A stretch of DNA of 32,000 bases from Candidatus Iainarchaeum sp. (GCA_003559395.1 PWLL01000077.1:1-32000); one strand, 5' to 3'. Shown: positions 6,706-16,162, counted from the stretch's first letter. Program-made: numbers and translations. Notes: generated from the letters alone by a model not told the origin.

Positions 6706-8933
6706 TTTTTTGTTACCTCGTGACCCTCTTTTTTAAAACCTCTAATTCTTCCAATACTTGAAAGTTTGAAAAAAACAATATTATCAAAAAAATCATAATA
6801 TATTGCATTGTCTTTGCTGTCATGTGTTCTTAATGCTCTTCCCAGTGTTTGAATGCTAGTTCTTTCAAGTTTATGAGCACTTGCATTAATTACTATGTTT
6901 AATCTAGGTATATCAATTCCTTCCTCAAAAATACTTATAGTGGATATTAATATTTTTTGTGAACCATCAGTAAAGTCTTCAAACATTTGTTCTCTTTTTT
7001 TATCACTAATTTTTCCGTGCAAATACTTACTATTAGGAATTAGTTGTTCCAATAACTCGCCGTGTTTAACATATTTAACTAATATTAATATTGTTTTATT
7101 AGAATGATTTTCACATAATTGTTTTATTGTTTCGTTTCTTTTAGTATTATTTATTATACATTCGTCAAAAAAAATTCTGTATTTAATGCCGTCTTTTAAG
7201 TTATCAACTAAGTCACCATAAGCTTTAAGTGTTTTATCGACAAATTTGTTTTGTTCAGATAATTTTTTATCAATTTCTTCTAATATTAACTCATTACATT
7301 TATTCTCCATTAACTCTAATTCTTCTTTGGTGTTTACGTCTGTTAAAAATATTATTTCTGGTTTAACTAAAAACCCTTTAGTTATTAATTCTTGTCCTTT
7401 TAAAGAATAAATAACTTCCCCTAATATTGATGTTACTCTCAAATCACAACCTTGATTATTTTTTGCAGTTGCACTAACACCTAATCTGTACTCTATGTTT
7501 TTTAATAATTTGGATAAAGTGATAAATCTTGGGCTGTGAGTTTTATGACATTCATCTACTATAAACACTCTAATTGTTTTAAAATAATCTTCTAATTCAT
7601 CTTTATATTTTATTAACGATTGTATAGTGGCAATAGTAATATTTTCTATTTGTTTGTTGCCCATTCCTATTATGCCAATAGGTGTTCCTAGTTCTGTTTC
7701 AAACTCTTTTTTTGTTTGTGTTAATAATCTTTTTTTATCTACTACGAATAATGTTTTTAATCCTAATCTTCTAACAATTTCTATTGTTATTAATGTTTTG
7801 CCTGCACCTGTTGATAATTCTAAAATGCCGTTGTTTAAACCTTTTTTATTAATGTATGTGTCTACCGCTTGTATTTGATAATCTCTTAATTCTTTACCAC
7901 TTAATAGTTTTTGTGGCATGTCTATTTTTGTTTCATCAAAACATCTATTATCTTGTAATTTTATAATAGGTGTTTTATTAATACTTCTTGCATAATTATG
8001 AATGGTTTCTACTAATGAATCAACTAAACCTATACTAATGTTTTTAAATTTTTTATTCCACAAACATTTTTTTGTGTTCATATTAGGATATCTTTTTTTT
8101 AAAAAAATTGCACTTTGATTTTCATAAGTATATTTATTAAATAATAATTCATTTAATTCTTCTGAAAAATCTCCTTTAACAAAAACTTCTCCACCATATA
8201 TATTTAATAAAAAATTCATTGTTGTTTCAGGATTTTGTTCTTCAACATCCCATAAATGTTTGTAAGGACAAAAAAAATATCCTTTATTAAATGGTGGCAA
8301 TTTGTCTGGGTTGTTTAAATAATAATGAATTTTTTCCAAAGTTTTTTTGTGGTATTGTTCTGCGTTTTTTATATCTTGTATTGTTGGAATAATTATCATA
8401 ACACTATTTTCGTAACGCAAATAACACACTTTTATTTCTTTAAGTAATATATTGTATTTTCTATAATATTGCCAAACATAATATTTCATTTGAACGGTGT
8501 ATTCTAACTTATTATGTTCATTCATTTGAGAAGTTTTCCAATCACACATAAAATGTGTTTCAGTATTAACACCATCTAAATATGATACGCAATCAGGAAA
8601 AAATATTTTTAGTTCTGTGTGAGTTAAATCAAAGTTTAATTTTATTCCGTTAAGAATCATTTCCCAAGTTAACTCTTTTTCATGTGCTAATTTTGTTTCA
8701 TCTAATTTAAACTTAGTCCATAATTGTTCAAACTGCTCTGCTATTATTGATTGTTCTGTTTGTTTATTTTTATAAAATGTTTCCAAACACTCGTGAACAA
8801 CTGTTCCTCTGTTGGCATAACACATATCGCTTACACCAGGAATTTTTTGTATGTATTGCATATACCAAGTTCTCGGACATTGCCAAAACAAATTCATTTG
8901 TGAAAATGACAATGGTCTATTGTATGTTTTCAT
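6690..8933 (-). CDS. Fusion of a Cas4-like PD-(D/E)xK nuclease and an SF2 (DExH) helicase
   Basis: N-terminal part: QCPRTWYMQY, GTVVHECLE, FMCDWKTS, QMKYYVWQY, FFCPYKHLW (Cas4/RecB-nuclease pattern with Cys ligands). C-terminal part: helicase motifs LSTGAGKTL (I), VDECHK (II), SATAKN (III), QTLGRALRT (VI). Confidence 0.8.
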   Translation of the reverse strand: MKTYNRPLSFSQMNLFWQCPRTWYMQYIQKIPGVSDMCYANRGTVVHECLETFYKNKQTEQSIIAEQFEQLWTKFKLDETKLAHEKELTWEMILNGIKLNFDLTHTELKIFFPDCVSYLDGVNTETHFMCDWKTSQMNEHNKLEYTVQMKYYVWQYYRKYNILLKEIKVCYLRYENSVMIIIPTIQDIKNAEQYHKKTLEKIHYYLNNPDKLPPFNKGYFFCPYKHLWDVEEQNPETTMNFLLNIYGGEVFVKGDFSEELNELLFNKYTYENQSAIFLKKRYPNMNTKKCLWNKKFKNISIGLVDSLVETIHNYARSINKTPIIKLQDNRCFDETKIDMPQKLLSGKELRDYQIQAVDTYINKKGLNNGILELSTGAGKTLITIEIVRRLGLKTLFVVDKKRLLTQTKKEFETELGTPIGIIGMGNKQIENITIATIQSLIKYKDELEDYFKTIRVFIVDECHKTHSPRFITLSKLLKNIEYRLGVSATAKNNQGCDLRVTSILGEVIYSLKGQELITKGFLVKPEIIFLTDVNTKEELELMENKCNELILEEIDKKLSEQNKFVDKTLKAYGDLVDNLKDGIKYRIFFDECIINNTKRNETIKQLCENHSNKTILILVKYVKHGELLEQLIPNSKYLHGKISDKKREQMFEDFTDGSQKILISTISIFEEGIDIPRLNIVINASAHKLERTSIQTLGRALRTHDSKDNAIYYDFFDNIVFFKLSSIGRIRGFKKEGHEVTKNKTFI

Positions 8934-8943
8934 TAAAGATTAA

Positions 8944-9135
8944 TCACCCCAGCAAAACCTCTCGTAAATCTTCGATAAATATTGTTTTATGTGTGTTTTT
9001 TAAAGTGTTAATTTTCTTTTTTAAGTCACTAATTTTAATTACTTCTTCTGGTGCAAACACCACACCATTTATAATGGTGTTTTTTCTTTTACTTTCAAGT
9101 TTTCTAAAATCAACAAACCATTTATTCATTTTCAT
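8944..9135 (-). CDS. Hypothetical small protein
   Basis: ORF track. GAGGA lies upstream of the second ATG. Confidence 0.45.
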   Translation of the reverse strand: MKMNKWFVDFRKLESKRKNTIINGVVFAPEEVIKISDLKKKINTLKNTHKTIFIEDLREVLLG

Positions 9136-9296
9136 TCCTCGTTTTTTGGTTTATATATACTTTCAATAACTAAATCTGCAACATGAAAAATAATAACAAG
9201 TTTTAGAAAATATTCTAAATTGCTTACAACCATTGACAAAAATTCTTCTTCATTAATACCATATTTTTTCATAAAATATTTAGTGATATTTTCCAT
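9132..9296 (-). CDS. Hypothetical small protein (54 aa)
   Basis: Below the ORF-track cut-off. Reads MENITKYFMKKYGINEEEFLSM... The stop is coupled to the next gene by ATGA. No clear Shine-Dalgarno sequence. Confidence 0.3.
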   Translation of the reverse strand: MENITKYFMKKYGINEEEFLSMVVSNLEYFLKLVIIFHVADLVIESIYKPKNEE

Positions 9297-9411
9297 TTTT
9301 ATGATAATTGATATCTCTATCCATTCTCCTCAACTCTTTTATTAAATTCTTTTTTAACTCTTCCAAATCTTCTGATTGAGCAATATCTAAATATTTGTTT
9401 TCTTGTCTCAT
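9280..9411 (-). CDS. Hypothetical small protein (43 aa)
   Basis: Below the ORF-track cut-off. ATG at 9411 has GGTG 7 nt upstream. Reads MRQENKYLDIAQSEDLEELKKNL... Confidence 0.3.
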   Translation of the reverse strand: MRQENKYLDIAQSEDLEELKKNLIKELRRMDRDINYHKNGKYH

Positions 9412-9437
9412 TTTATTCACCTAAAAAAATAAAAAAA

Positions 9438-10025
9438 TTAAAGTACTTCTACTTTATATAATCCGCCTTCACTTTTTGCTTTTGCAACTTTTTTCTTGTG
9501 TTGCTCTGCTTCTTCTGTTGTTTTAAAGTCTCTTATTTTCATTAAATCTTTTATTGGAAGTGTTGCATCTTTGCCGTTGTATATGTGTGTTATTCGTATA
9601 GTTATGCCGTTAAACGTTTTATTCTCTTTAACCTTTGCCATCAACACACTACCTTTTCCAAACAACGCACCATATAAATCCCAAGACTGAATTGTAAATC
9701 TTTCTCCACCGTCTGTTTCAAGAATATATTCAACTCTTTTAGAATCTGGTTCATCTCTTTTTTTTATTCCAGTCCAAAACTTATCCCCTGTTTTTGTTGT
9801 GATTTCTCTACCTGGTTTGTTTACAACTTTTGAAATAGTGAAACTTAAACTCTCGCCCACTTCAGGTGTTTTCAAAAAAGTATAACTCATAAAATCATCT
9901 GGTGTCATCTCTACTTCTTTAGATTTTTCTTTAACTTCTTCATTGTTTAAAACAATGGATTCTTCATCTGCTGTATTAAATTCTTCTGAATCAAACAGTT
10001 CTTCAAATTCATTTTTTTCACTCAT
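9438..10025 (-). CDS. Hypothetical protein with an acidic N-terminus (a ssDNA-binding role is only a guess)
   Basis: ORF track. GGAGG lies 8 nt upstream of the ATG. It is the first long gene after the promoter at 10079-10086. Confidence 0.5.
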   Translation of the reverse strand: MSEKNEFEELFDSEEFNTADEESIVLNNEEVKEKSKEVEMTPDDFMSYTFLKTPEVGESLSFTISKVVNKPGREITTKTGDKFWTGIKKRDEPDSKRVEYILETDGGERFTIQSWDLYGALFGKGSVLMAKVKENKTFNGITIRITHIYNGKDATLPIKDLMKIRDFKTTEEAEQHKKKVAKAKSEGGLYKVEVL

Positions 10026-10053
10026 TTTTTTCCTCCAAACAAATAATTGTTTT

Positions 10054-10107
10054 CATATGATTAACCAAACATAACTAATATATAAATGTTTTGAAAGTTT
10101 ATAAGTA
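10054..10107 (-). promoter_or_regulatory. 54-nt promoter cassette, copy A (TATA 10086 to 10079)
   Basis: 52/54 identical to 14083-14136 by eye. The minus strand reads ...CAAAACATTTATATATTAGTTATGTTTGGTTAATCATATG. Confidence 0.6.
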
Positions 10108-10172
10108 AGTTATTTTTTTAGCTATTTTGTTTAAACACAATTCTTCCTCCATTTCCTGTAAACAGTGAACTA

Positions 10173-10202
10173 CCTCTCCCTGAAGGAAGGATACTTCTCA
10201 GA
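10173..10202 (+). repeat. Third member of the CCCTGAAGG hairpin family
   Basis: CCTCTCCCTGAAGGAAGG matches the minus-strand left junction of the IscB insertion (CCCCTCCCTGAAGGAAGG) at 17/18 positions. It then forms CTGA(AG)GAAG-GATA-CTTCTCAG. Lies 3' of the glycosyltransferase operon. Confidence 0.45.
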
Positions 10203-10227
10203 CCTTAGTTAAAAATTTGAATTAGTT

Positions 10228-11415
10228 TCATAATACATCCTCCCATTCTTTTATTATTTTATGTTTATCAAAGTCTTTTGCTCTTTTTAATCCTTTTGAA
10301 TATTTCTTTTGTAAATCTTTGTTTTTCATCATCTCGAACATTGTTTCTGTAAGTTTTTTTTCTTCTTTTGTTGGTGGTTTTTCTTTTAAATCACTAAAAT
10401 TATTCGGTTCGTCAAATGTTTTTAATAAAACCCCATATTTTCCTCGATGTGGATATTTTATTTTTTCTTCTATATTTAATTCTGGACAAAGTATTTCTCT
10501 AGGTCCTGAATCACAATCTGTTGATATTATTGGTTTGTTTTGCGATAGAACTTCTGTTAATACATTTCCAAACCCCTCATAATCTGATGTAAACACAAAA
10601 CAATCTGATTTTTTAATATAGGGGAATACATTTTTTACAACTCCTAAAAAGAAAACTTTGTCTTCTAATCCTAATTTCTTAGTTAGGTTTCTTAAATCCT
10701 TTTCTAATTCTCCTTTTCCAAGAATTATTAATTTTACTTTATTATTTTTTTTAACTACTTCTTTAAAACTTCTAATAAGATTCCAATGAGCTTTTTGTTC
10801 GGTTAAACGCCCTATTGTTATAAAATTGTAATCTTTGCCCATTATTATTCTGTGTTCTTTGTTTGTTATTTTTTCTTTGCTTAAATCTAGAAAACGATTT
10901 ATGTCTTGAATATTGTAGATTGTTTTTGTATTTTTTAGATTAAACTGAGTTTTTAATATATTTTTAACACCTCTAGATAATGCAACCACTAAATCTGCTT
11001 TTGGATAAATGATTTTTGTTAATATTTGAAATAATTTTGGGTGTTTTAGAGGATTATTTCTAACTGAAACTATTGTTTTTGATTTGTTTCTAAAAAGTGT
11101 TTTACTTAAAACTGAGGAAAAATTAGAATCTTCAAGGAAAGATATTGTTGTATTTATTTTGTTTTTTTTGCATATATTAGATATCTTTATTGTTCTTGAG
11201 AATAATTTATAAGTTTTAGTAAATACGTCTTCTGTTAATTTTTCATTTAAACAGATAAGTTTTCCTTCAAATTCATATTTTGGTTTAAAATCGTAGAATA
11301 TTAAAAAAGTTACATCATGTCCTAATCTTTTAAGATTTGTTCCTACTTGAGATGCAATCTTTTCTGCTCCACCTCCTATTCTAAGATGATGTACTATTAT
11401 TAAAATTTTTTTCAT
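10228..11415 (-). CDS. GT4-family (GT-B fold) glycosyltransferase
   Basis: N-terminal HHLRIGGGAEK and C-terminal SDYEGFGNVLTEVLSQNKPIISTDCDSGPREIL (EX7E-type motif). Confidence 0.75.
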   Translation of the reverse strand: MKKILIIVHHLRIGGGAEKIASQVGTNLKRLGHDVTFLIFYDFKPKYEFEGKLICLNEKLTEDVFTKTYKLFSRTIKISNICKKNKINTTISFLEDSNFSSVLSKTLFRNKSKTIVSVRNNPLKHPKLFQILTKIIYPKADLVVALSRGVKNILKTQFNLKNTKTIYNIQDINRFLDLSKEKITNKEHRIIMGKDYNFITIGRLTEQKAHWNLIRSFKEVVKKNNKVKLIILGKGELEKDLRNLTKKLGLEDKVFFLGVVKNVFPYIKKSDCFVFTSDYEGFGNVLTEVLSQNKPIISTDCDSGPREILCPELNIEEKIKYPHRGKYGVLLKTFDEPNNFSDLKEKPPTKEEKKLTETMFEMMKNKDLQKKYSKGLKRAKDFDKHKIIKEWEDVL

Positions 11416-12236
11416 TTTATGATTATTCCAACATATTTTTTGTTCTTTTTTATTATTATTGGTTCTTTTTTAATTTTATTACAAAATTCTATAAATGCTA
11501 TATTGTCAGATATATCATCTGATATTAATAGTCCTTTATTTTTTAGATTTTTCCAAATTATCGGATATGCCCACATTCTTCCTTTATAAGATTTATCAGA
11601 ATCATAATGACATAAATCTATTGAGGTATTTAGTTGTCTAATTGATTTTTTTAATGCTTGTCTATCTGGAAGTCTTATTAATGACCACTTTTTTTTAAAA
11701 AATTTGGGTATAACACATCCGACATAACTATCATTATTTCTAAATAAATAAGGCATATCTATACTTATAAGATTAGACTTATTTCTTGAATTAATAGATA
11801 GTAATATTGCAAGAGATGACCACCCATAAGCCACACCCGTTTCTAATGTTTTTTTTACCTTAAATTTTTCGCATAAATTATATATTAAATCTATATATCC
11901 TTCACCACCCATTTTTACAGGGCAATTTTTTTCTATTTGTCTAGATTCTTTTAATAATTTTGAAAATTTTTTATTAAAATTAATTTCTTTTATGTTTAAC
12001 TGTTCATATGCTTTTTTTAAGAATACGCTTTTTTTATCACATATTTCGATTGCTTCTTTTTTTGTAAGTTCTTTTTTAGACGGAAAATATTCGTTTTTAA
12101 ATATATAATATATTTGGGGTATTAATCTAGGTCTTTTAAAAAACCAAAATAATCCTTTTATTATTTTTTTAAAATGCAAAAATGTTGTTTTAATTTTGTT
12201 CAATTTGTTTCGCCTTTTTTTATTTCTCGAATCCAT
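11412..12236 (-). CDS. Putative class I SAM-dependent methyltransferase
   Basis: LETGVAYGWSSLAILLS (motif I-like), ISIDMP, HYDSDKSY. Embedded in the glycosyltransferase operon. Confidence 0.45.
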   Translation of the reverse strand: MDSRNKKRRNKLNKIKTTFLHFKKIIKGLFWFFKRPRLIPQIYYIFKNEYFPSKKELTKKEAIEICDKKSVFLKKAYEQLNIKEINFNKKFSKLLKESRQIEKNCPVKMGGEGYIDLIYNLCEKFKVKKTLETGVAYGWSSLAILLSINSRNKSNLISIDMPYLFRNNDSYVGCVIPKFFKKKWSLIRLPDRQALKKSIRQLNTSIDLCHYDSDKSYKGRMWAYPIIWKNLKNKGLLISDDISDNIAFIEFCNKIKKEPIIIKKNKKYVGIIIK

Positions 12237-13288
12237 TTTTCTATTATATTATTAAGTTCAAATCGTGTGTCTGATTTTATCTTCTTTCCTTTTTTTAATG
12301 CGTCATCAAGTGCTTTTTTAAACTCGTCTTTATTGTTGAATGGTACTATATATCCATACTTAGTTTTATTGTATGTTTTTAATTCTTTGTTTAATTCTAC
12401 ACCAAGTAGTTCTCGTGGTCCTGTCTGGCAATCGTTTGCAACACACACACATCCGCTTGCCAGTGCTTCCATTAATGCTCGTGGCATTCCTTCAAAAAGT
12501 GATGGTAAAACGAACACATCTGCTTTATTTAAGTATTTGTATACGTTATTCTTTGTACCTAAGAAATGTATGTTTTTTTGATTTTTTGTTTTTTCTTTAA
12601 GTTCTTGCTCGAGTGGTCCGTTTCCTATTACGAGTAAATTAACATCTTCTTCTATATCTTTGAACATGTCAAAAAACCATGCATAATTCTTCTGTGAAAC
12701 AAGTCGACCTACCATAACTATTGTTTTCTTTTCAAACAATTTCTTTTCTTTTCCTGTTATGGCCTCTTTTTTTTTCTTGTTTATTTCATCTAATTCTATG
12801 GCATTCCCGATTGCGACTGTGTCGAACTTCACTCTCTTTTGCATGGCTTTTGTAAGTACTATTGTTTTATCTGCTGTATTATGCAGATTTTTAAACCTAT
12901 AATATGCATTACCTTTACTTAAAATATTGTTTCGTATAAATGTCCACAATTTAAATTTTAACATTTTTTTACAAATTAATGCTACCATGTTTGCGTCTTC
13001 TGCATTGGACACAACTAAATCATATTTATTATTTTTAAGAAATTGTCTTAATTTTAGAGGAAAATAAACCAAAATTCTAAAACTTTTAATAATAATATTA
13101 TTGGCATAATTATAATTAAAATTGTGTCTTTTAACAAAATATTCATATTCATTTTTAAAATTATAAAAAGTCAAAATTTCTACAACATAATATTTGGCTA
13201 AACCTTTTGTAAGAATTGCCACAGAGTTCTCTGCACCACCTCCAACTTTTAAATTACTCACTATAAACAATATTTTTTTCTTTTTCAT
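12200..13288 (-). CDS. GT4-family (GT-B fold) glycosyltransferase
   Basis: SNLKVGGGAENS and PSLFEGMPRALMEALASGCVCVANDCQTGPRELL. Confidence 0.75.
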   Translation of the reverse strand: MKKKKILFIVSNLKVGGGAENSVAILTKGLAKYYVVEILTFYNFKNEYEYFVKRHNFNYNYANNIIIKSFRILVYFPLKLRQFLKNNKYDLVVSNAEDANMVALICKKMLKFKLWTFIRNNILSKGNAYYRFKNLHNTADKTIVLTKAMQKRVKFDTVAIGNAIELDEINKKKKEAITGKEKKLFEKKTIVMVGRLVSQKNYAWFFDMFKDIEEDVNLLVIGNGPLEQELKEKTKNQKNIHFLGTKNNVYKYLNKADVFVLPSLFEGMPRALMEALASGCVCVANDCQTGPRELLGVELNKELKTYNKTKYGYIVPFNNKDEFKKALDDALKKGKKIKSDTRFELNNIIEKWIREIKKGETN

Positions 13289-14085
13289 TTTTTCTTAATC
13301 ATGTAAAACAATTTTAAAACAAACCAATTAGGTAACAACAATAAAACATTTTCTAAAAATAATCTAATCGTACCTTTTAATCCAAGTTTCAAACCATTTT
13401 TAACTGCTATTTTTTTAACATAAATTGTATCTTTAATAACTCTTTTCATGTTAGTGTTTTTTATTTGATTTTTATGTAATCTATAATTTAAAACAAATGA
13501 ATTTAAATTATATATTTTGCAACCTTTTAAAAAAAATCTAAACCATAAATCATAATCTTGACTAGATTTTAAATAAGGAGAATAACACCCATATTTTTCA
13601 ACCAATATTCTTTTAAACATAACGGTGGGATGTGCTAATGGGTTCTCGATTTTTATTGTGTTAGCAATATCATGACTATAAATTCGTTTGCCAAAAAGTT
13701 TTCCTTTAGAGTCAATCAAGGTAATGTTTCCTCCAACGACATCAAATTTAGGAAACAATTTTAATTGTGTTTCAAACCTATCGTTGAAACAAACATCATC
13801 GGCATCCATTCTTGCAATATATTCGCCAGAACATTTTTTCAAACCAACATTCAAAGAACCAGTGCAACCTAAATTTTTATCATTCTTAAAACCTTTAATT
13901 CGTTTATCTTTCTTAGCATATTTTTGAATGATTTTCCAAGTATTATCTGTAGAACAATCGTCGATGATAATAAACTCAAAATCTTTAAATGTTTGTTTTA
14001 AAACACTTTCGATTGCTTCACCAATAAACTTTTCTGCATTATACGCCGGCATCAATACTGAAATTTTATTAATTTTTTTTACCAT
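13285..14085 (-). CDS. GT2-family glycosyltransferase
   Basis: ISVLMPAYNAEKFIGEAIESVLKQTFKDFEFIIIDDCSTDNT and RMDADD (DxD). The ORF track starts it at TTG 14097. I prefer ATG 14085 (MVKKINK...), which lies 22 nt downstream of the TATA box and suggests a leaderless mRNA. Confidence 0.8.
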   Translation of the reverse strand: MVKKINKISVLMPAYNAEKFIGEAIESVLKQTFKDFEFIIIDDCSTDNTWKIIQKYAKKDKRIKGFKNDKNLGCTGSLNVGLKKCSGEYIARMDADDVCFNDRFETQLKLFPKFDVVGGNITLIDSKGKLFGKRIYSHDIANTIKIENPLAHPTVMFKRILVEKYGCYSPYLKSSQDYDLWFRFFLKGCKIYNLNSFVLNYRLHKNQIKNTNMKRVIKDTIYVKKIAVKNGLKLGLKGTIRLFLENVLLLLPNWFVLKLFYMIKKK

Positions 14086-14136
14086 ATGATTAACCAAACA
14101 TAACTAGTATATAAATGTTTTGAAAGTTTATAAATA
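14083..14136 (-). promoter_or_regulatory. 54-nt promoter cassette, copy B (TATA 14115 to 14108)
   Basis: 52/54 identical to 10054-10107. Lies immediately upstream of the glycosyltransferase operon. Confidence 0.6.
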
Positions 14137-14142
14137 GTTTTT

Positions 14143-15411
14143 TTATAATTGTAATTTTTCCCCTGATTTTAAAATAATTTCTTTAAAATCTATTGCCAAA
14201 TCTTTAAATAATTTGGCTCTAACTAAAGAACTTTTTTCTTCAATGGTATCAACACAATATAATTGATATAATGAACTATAACCATCTTTTTTCTTTCTCA
14301 AAACTCTACCCATTCTTTGAATTGTTTGTTTATCGGTTGAATCTCCTGCCATTATTATTGCAACATCTAATTTTGGCAAATTATAACCTTCATCTAAAAC
14401 TTTACTAACTAATAATACACTAAATTTATCATTACGATAATCTATTAATGTTCGTTCCCTTGTTTTTTTATCTATACCACTATGAAGTACTCTACACTCT
14501 ATATTTGTGTCTAATAAGTGCCAATATATTTTAGAAGTTTGTTTGTTGTATTGATTAAAAACCAATATTTTGTTTTCCTTATGATTGTTTATTATTGTTT
14601 GAGTTATATCTATTTTATCAACATAATTGTTTACTAATTCTTTTTGTTCATTAATTAATGCCAGCATTTTCATTTTTAGTGGTGTGTTTGTTTTCATTAT
14701 TTTTTCAAACCCACCACCTGTGTTGTAAACTACATATAATTGTTGTTTTATATCATCATATTTGTCTCTTGTGTCTTGGTCTAATACAACACCTATATTA
14801 TAAAACACAAAAGGGTTTAATACTCCGTCTTCTAATGCTTCTGAAGGATTATATTTATAAATATTAAAATCAAACAATTCCAACAATTTTCTATGATTTT
14901 TATCTGCTCTTGCAAGTGTGGCTGTTAAACCTATTTTGTATTTAAAAGGTGTTTCCAAAATCTTTAATATTCTGTCTGTGCCTAAATTGTGTAATTCATC
15001 ACCTATAAACATATCAAACATTGTTAAAGGTATTCTATCAAGATTTTGTATGTTTGTAATAGTGATTCTACTATACTCTTTTATTGAACCATAATACACA
15101 CCTATTGATTGTATTGGAATACCATAATCAACTAATTCTTTATACCAACCTTCTTCCAATATAACATTTTTTGGCACGACTATTAACACTTTTAATTTTG
15201 GTTCTTTTAACAATAATTCTTGTAATATGTCAATTGTTATAAAAGTTTTACCAGCACCAGTACTAACTTCAAAAATAACATTTTTGTTGTTTTCATAAAA
15301 GAATTTTTTGGCTTTTATTTGCCAACTTCTCAAATCTGTTATATTTGTTTGTTTTTCTAAATTTGCTTCTATATTAAATAATTCATCAACATATTCATCC
15401 ATTTTATTCAT
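14143..15411 (-). CDS. SF2 DExH-box helicase (ResIII/UvsW/XPB-like)
   Basis: VSTGAGKTF (I), GDELHN (II), TATLARAD (III), QRMGRVLRK (VI). ATGA-coupled to the upstream methyltransferase. Confidence 0.8.
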   Translation of the reverse strand: MNKMDEYVDELFNIEANLEKQTNITDLRSWQIKAKKFFYENNKNVIFEVSTGAGKTFITIDILQELLLKEPKLKVLIVVPKNVILEEGWYKELVDYGIPIQSIGVYYGSIKEYSRITITNIQNLDRIPLTMFDMFIGDELHNLGTDRILKILETPFKYKIGLTATLARADKNHRKLLELFDFNIYKYNPSEALEDGVLNPFVFYNIGVVLDQDTRDKYDDIKQQLYVVYNTGGGFEKIMKTNTPLKMKMLALINEQKELVNNYVDKIDITQTIINNHKENKILVFNQYNKQTSKIYWHLLDTNIECRVLHSGIDKKTRERTLIDYRNDKFSVLLVSKVLDEGYNLPKLDVAIIMAGDSTDKQTIQRMGRVLRKKKDGYSSLYQLYCVDTIEEKSSLVRAKLFKDLAIDFKEIILKSGEKLQL

Positions 15412-16157
15412 AATTCAAAAATTGTTTTTTGTGCTAAACGTTTATTTGCTATATCACAATATTCTTTGCTTATCTCAAACCCTATGAATTTTCTGTTAAG
15501 TTGTTTACAAGCAACGGCAGTAGTTCCACTACCCATAAAAGGGTCGAGAACTATATCTTGTGGGTTTGAATGAATTTCTATTAACTCTTTAATTAAACTA
15601 AGTGGTTTTTCTGTGGGGTGTTTTGTTTCCCCATAATAAGATTTGTTTGGAGTTTCAAAAAAATTGTGCATTTCTTTTTGTTGTTTAAAATTAAATGTCC
15701 AAGATTTGTCTCCCTTACTTCCAACCCACAGAAATTCACAGGCAGATAGATAATTCACCTTTCTAAAAGATGGAACGGGATTGGTTTTGTGCCAAGAGAG
15801 TATTGTTCTCGTTCTTATTCCGAACTCTTTTGATGTCCAACCTAAAAAACTGATATCTTCTTTATTAAAGAAACTAATTATTGTTCCTCCGTCTTTTAGA
15901 ACCCTACAACATTCAGATAACCACAATTGAGTAAATTCTAAAAACTCTTCCCTTGTTTTGTTATCCCAATCTCCAAAGTCATATATAAGAGGAGATTCTC
16001 TACGCATAATGGGAGAATTTAATTTGCTCTTATCTCTATTATCATTCAACTTTGAAATATTATATGGTGGGTCGGTTAAAACCAAATCAACACTCTCGTC
16101 AGGTAATTGTTTTAATCCTTCTAAACAATCCATACAATATATTTTATTCGTTTCCAT
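15408..16157 (-). CDS. DNA methyltransferase, beta-class, DPPY motif (probably N6-adenine)
   Basis: DLVLTDPPYN (motif IV) and VLDPFMGSGTTAVA (motif I). Confidence 0.85.
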   Translation of the reverse strand: METNKIYCMDCLEGLKQLPDESVDLVLTDPPYNISKLNDNRDKSKLNSPIMRRESPLIYDFGDWDNKTREEFLEFTQLWLSECCRVLKDGGTIISFFNKEDISFLGWTSKEFGIRTRTILSWHKTNPVPSFRKVNYLSACEFLWVGSKGDKSWTFNFKQQKEMHNFFETPNKSYYGETKHPTEKPLSLIKELIEIHSNPQDIVLDPFMGSGTTAVACKQLNRKFIGFEISKEYCDIANKRLAQKTIFEL

Positions 16158-16162
16158 TTTAT

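Noticed and set aside
10018-10056. 12-codon upstream ORF (MKTIICLEEKNE) starting at the CATATG of promoter cassette copy A.
   Set aside because: It is too short to support. It most likely arises because the cassette was duplicated together with the glycosyltransferase start codon.
10060-10075. Bacteroidota-type -7 promoter element TAnnTTTG downstream of the TATA-like box.
   Set aside because: It is present in only about three of five copies (TATGTTTG, TACATTTG) and absent at 19590-19610. No consistent -33 TTTG partner was found.
10079-10086. TATATAAA on the plus strand resembles the T4 late-promoter consensus TATAAATA.
   Set aside because: In every copy, that orientation is opposite to the direction of the downstream genes. 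Read in the gene direction, the conserved sequence is AAAACATTTATATA, which fits a BRE/TATA box.
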